A stretch of DNA of 64,000 nt from Bacilli bacterium. Its GTDB lineage: Bacteria; Bacillota_I; Bacilli_A; RF39; UBA660. Shown piece after piece: positions 60,729-64,000 of the stretch (positions within the stretch are counted from its first letter, which is position 1; each line of letters starts with the position of its first letter). The notes beneath the pieces are model-generated. The model searched no databases and was not told where the DNA came from. It was given only the letters and a program-made list of their open reading frames with translations. Position numbers and translations under genes: made by a program. The DNA lies in assembly GCA_050948885.1 (NCBI GenBank), contig JBMNER010000003.1:15820-79819 (forward strand). Reading direction: 5' to 3'.

Positions 60729-61796
60729 TTATTCCTCCTTAAATACTATCCCCATCTCAGCTGCTTCTTCATGACTCTTAATATCTATTTTAAAATGAGT
60801 AAGGCGCGCCGCTAATCTTACATTTTGACCCTTGCGCCCAATAGCCAATGATAAATTATCACCACTGGCGACTACTAACGCCTCTTGCTTTTTAACATCA
60901 GTCACAATAATTTTTAAATCCTGTGCCGGGCTTAAAGCATTAGCAATAAAAACTTCTAGCTCTTTATTATATCTAATAATATCTATTTTTTCCCCATTTA
61001 ATTCCTTCATTATGCGTTGAATTCGTTCCCCACGGGTACCAATACAAGCGCCAACCGGGTCAATTTGCGGATTATCTGTATCAACCGCAATCTTGCTTCT
61101 TTCCCCAGCTTCACGCGCTACACTATATAATAATATAAGACCATCATGTAATTCGGGAATCTCATGTTCTAATAAGCGTTTTAAAAAACCATAATGTCGT
61201 CTAGATAATAAAATTAAAATCCCTTTAGCCGTAATTTCTAATTTATTAACATACACCTTTAAACTGGACCCCATCTTTATTTGCTCCCCTGGGATTATTT
61301 CTCCTTTTGGTAAAATACCGTGAGCCCGGCCTAAATCAATATAGTAATTATTAGCATCTTCCCTTGATACTAATCCGACCATTAATTCGCCCTCTTTATC
61401 ACGAAATTCATCCATAATACTATTACGTTCCGCCTCGCGAATCTTCTGCATAATTACTTGTTTAGCGGTTCCGGCCGCCACGCGCCCAAAATCCTTCGGT
61501 GTTACCTCTTCTAAAATAACATCACCAAGTGCCTTCTCATCATCAATCTTTTTAGCCTCCTTTAGTGATATTTCCAACACTTCATCAGTCGGCTTATCAA
61601 CTATGGTGCGATATGAATAAACCTTTATTTCCCCAGTATCGCGATTAATATCTACCTTTACATTAGTTAAAGTATTAAAATTTTTTCGATAAGCACTAGC
61701 AAGCGCTAACTCCATCGCTTCAAAAACAACGCTTTCTTCAATTTTCTTTTCCTGCGTCAGATTTTGAACCGCCTTAATAAAAGCTTTATTGTCCAT
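60729..61796 (-). CDS. nusA: Transcription factor NusA (likely start MDNK)
   Basis: FGRVAA, REAGERSK, GEKIDII, AIGRKGQNVRLA. Confidence 0.96.
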   Translation of the reverse strand: MDNKAFIKAVQNLTQEKKIEESVVFEAMELALASAYRKNFNTLTNVKVDINRDTGEIKVYSYRTIVDKPTDEVLEISLKEAKKIDDEKALGDVILEEVTPKDFGRVAAGTAKQVIMQKIREAERNSIMDEFRDKEGELMVGLVSREDANNYYIDLGRAHGILPKGEIIPGEQIKMGSSLKVYVNKLEITAKGILILLSRRHYGFLKRLLEHEIPELHDGLILLYSVAREAGERSKIAVDTDNPQIDPVGACIGTRGERIQRIMKELNGEKIDIIRYNKELEVFIANALSPAQDLKIIVTDVKKQEALVVASGDNLSLAIGRKGQNVRLAARLTHFKIDIKSHEEAAEMGIVFKEE

Positions 61797-62052
61797 TTTT
61801 TTCCCCTCCCTTTGGTAGAGCTGAAACATCTAAAACATAATAATGATCAATGATATTCTCCTTATCTAAGATATCATTGATAATCTTTGTAGCTTCAACA
61901 CACTTATCCAAATCAACTATTTCCTCTTGATCAATAACAATTTTTAACAAAGGTGTATCATCTTCATACTCATAATTAACACTGATTAATTTAAAGTCTT
62001 TTTTCTTTAAAGGCTCCGTAATCAACCCTCTAATCTGCTCCTCAATTTTCAT
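61786..62052 (-). CDS. rimP: RimP N-terminal domain only (88 aa)
   Basis: LKIVID..VDLDKC..ILD..YVLDVS in the canonical position before nusA. Confidence 0.75.
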   Translation of the reverse strand: MKIEEQIRGLITEPLKKKDFKLISVNYEYEDDTPLLKIVIDQEEIVDLDKCVEATKIINDILDKENIIDHYYVLDVSALPKGGEKNGQ

Positions 62053-62073
62053 TAACTCATCTCCTTTAATTAT

Positions 62074-62097
62074 AAAAGAGGGGGTCACCCACCTCTC
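62074..62097 (-). promoter_or_regulatory. rimP leader hairpin
   Basis: GAGAGGTGGGTGACCCCCTCTTTT, a GC-rich stem with U-tract upstream of rimP-nusA-infB. Confidence 0.65.
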
Positions 62098-62203
62098 AAG
62101 TCCATCCTAGTAAAAATTATAACACAAAATCTATTTTTAGCAAGTTTTTTGGGTTAATCTCTGTTATAATAAGTATATTATAATCCATAAAGTTGGTGAT
62201 GAT

Positions 62204-62875
62204 GTGAAATTATTAACCCGCGGGTTTATTATCTTCTTAATTTACTTTTTATATTCTTTCTTTTTATTTTTACCTCTTGAACTGCTTACGATTAATTTTC
62301 AAACACTACCTAGTTCGATAAAAATTATTTATTTACTAGGAACTGATTTACTCTTTGTTTTACTATTAATCGTGGTTTATTTTAAAGATTTAACCAAAGA
62401 TTATCAAGATTTTAAAACTAACTATCATATATATATTGATGAGAGTATAAAGTATTGGATCATCGGATTAATATTAATGGTTGTCTCAAATGTGTTAATA
62501 ACGACCCTTACTCCAAGTGGTACACCACCCAATGAGGTCGCTGTTAGAGACATGTTAACCAAATTGCCACTTTACACTTTCTTTGGGGCGACTATTTTTG
62601 CCCCCTTGGTTGAAGAGTTGATTTTTAGAAAAGCCCTTTTTGATATTATCAAAAATAAATGGGTCTATGTTTTAATGAGTGGTTTTATTTTTGGTTTTTT
62701 ACACGTTATTACTAGTTATCATCATTATTATGAACTTTTCTTTATAATACCCTATGGTTCCTTAGGTTGTGCCTTTGCTTATTTATATTATAAAACCAAA
62801 AATATTATTAATCCTATTTTAGTCCATACCATTCACAATACGGGACTTGTTTTATTATTTTTATTTACTAAATAA
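62204..62875 (+). CDS. CPBP/Abi family intramembrane metalloprotease
   Basis: APLVEELIFR, FGFLH, HTIHN. Confidence 0.9.
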   Translation: MKLLTRGFIIFLIYFLYSFFLFLPLELLTINFQTLPSSIKIIYLLGTDLLFVLLLIVVYFKDLTKDYQDFKTNYHIYIDESIKYWIIGLILMVVSNVLITTLTPSGTPPNEVAVRDMLTKLPLYTFFGATIFAPLVEELIFRKALFDIIKNKWVYVLMSGFIFGFLHVITSYHHYYELFFIIPYGSLGCAFAYLYYKTKNIINPILVHTIHNTGLVLLFLFTK

Positions 62876-62887
62876 AAGGATGATAAA

Positions 62888-63778
62888 ATGAAAAGAAAAA
62901 AAATCCGCTTACGAAAAAAATGGATTATTGTCATAATCCTTCTTACCCTTAGTTTAGGAATTATTGGGAAGGGTTTTTACCTGGAGCCTTATTCTTTAAA
63001 GATTAAAGAATATAAAATAAGTAGTAAAAAGCTTCCGCTTCATTTTCATGGTCTTAAAATTGTTCATCTAACGGATATTCACTATGGAACCACCGTTAAA
63101 CTAAAACAACTAAAAACTATTGTTAATAATATTAATCTTATCAATCCGGACATTGTTGTTTTTACTGGTGATTTAATTGACAAAACCACTCCTTTTATGG
63201 CTACTACCGAAAAAGAAATCACCACCGAACTAAAAAAAATAAAAGCCACCCTTGGCAAATATGCTATCTATGGAGAACACGATTATTTCTGTGTTTCTTA
63301 TACTGATATACTCGCTGAAAGTAATTTTATTTTATTAAATAATACCTATGATTTAATCTTTCATAATGAATATGAGCCTATCTTTATTGGGGGTATTAAC
63401 ACTTTCTCTAAATTGGATATCACCTCTAATATTCAACAAACAATATCCGATTTTAATAAAGTGGATAATGAGGATGATAATATTATCAAACCACGTTACT
63501 TTATCATCCTTATGCATATGCCTGATTATACTAATTTATTATTAGATAATTATCAAGTTGATCTAATCCTGGCTGGGCACTCGCATAATGGGCAAATAAA
63601 AATCCCTTTTAAAGGGGGCGTATTATTACCAGCTGGATCTAAGCGGTATTATCAACCATATTATCAAATTAATAGAACTGATTTATATATATCCCCTGGT
63701 CTTGGTACTACTCGTCTTAAAGTTCGGTTCTTAAATAAACCATCCTTTAATTTATATCGTCTAACAACCATTAAATAA
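62888..63778 (+). CDS. Calcineurin-like metallophosphoesterase
   Basis: DIH, TGDLID, GEHD, HMPD, GHSHNGQ. Confidence 0.9.
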   Translation: MKRKKIRLRKKWIIVIILLTLSLGIIGKGFYLEPYSLKIKEYKISSKKLPLHFHGLKIVHLTDIHYGTTVKLKQLKTIVNNINLINPDIVVFTGDLIDKTTPFMATTEKEITTELKKIKATLGKYAIYGEHDYFCVSYTDILAESNFILLNNTYDLIFHNEYEPIFIGGINTFSKLDITSNIQQTISDFNKVDNEDDNIIKPRYFIILMHMPDYTNLLLDNYQVDLILAGHSHNGQIKIPFKGGVLLPAGSKRYYQPYYQINRTDLYISPGLGTTRLKVRFLNKPSFNLYRLTTIK

Positions 63779-63786
63779 TGGTTGTT

Positions 63787-64000
63787 TTAATTTTCTGATA
63801 ATGAATCTAAATCATAATTTAAATGCTTTAATTCATCAATTACAAATAAACCATCTTCTCTTATTAAAATATCATCAAAATAAATATTACCGCCACCATA
63901 ATCCTTACGTTGAATTAAAATCATGTCCCAATGAATACTAGATTCATTACCATTAAAAGCCTCCGCATAACTATTACCAGGGGTTAAATGAATACTACCG
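63787..64000 (-). CDS. Aminopeptidase (M29/AmpS-like), 3' end
   Basis: Manual translation [39 protein letters not shown]. Confidence 0.8.
   Translation of the reverse strand, partial: GSIHLTPGNSYAEAFNGNESSIHWDMILIQRKDYGGGNIYFDDILIREDGLFVIDELKHLNYDLDSLSEN

Noticed and set aside
1-64000. CRISPR array, rRNA or prophage
   Set aside because: No regularly spaced repeat-spacer array, rRNA-like segment, or phage structural or integrase genes seen.

Overview
Low-GC, AT-rich Firmicutes (Bacilli-like) chromosomal segment, mostly minus-strand housekeeping genes: the dcw cluster, thrS, dnaB/dnaI, pyrH, murC, a gerA-type operon, nrdDG, 4 tRNAs, ndk, ABC and M16 peptidase genes, tandem deoD, ftsK, rnjB, pnp, rpsO, rbfA, infB, nusA and rimP. 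The main accessory element is a ~6.2 kb diversity-generating retroelement (DGR) island between pbpB and spoVD, bounded by an 11-bp direct repeat. On the minus strand it reads ArpU-like regulator, MutS-I-like gene, an inserted IS1202-type element, a type IV prepilin-headed target with a C-terminal variable region, template repeat (TR), avd, RT. TR (8176-8306) and variable repeat (VR, 8561-8691) align without gaps over 131 bp with 17 mismatches, all at TR adenines. The target is split by a 1-nt frameshift just before the VR. A second accessory block (16.7-24.5 kb) holds a two-gene restriction-modification system flanked by IS-end-like direct repeats and an unannotated RiPP-like locus (31-aa Cys-Cys peptide, hairpin, radical SAM/SPASM enzyme, ABC-F ATPase). 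Smaller observations are tandem deoD paralogs with identical 5' halves but Asp versus Asn at the specificity site, a leader peptide and hairpin before pyrH, a degenerate stand-alone RNB domain, and a half-length RimP. All calls come from reading motifs by eye; no database searches were run.
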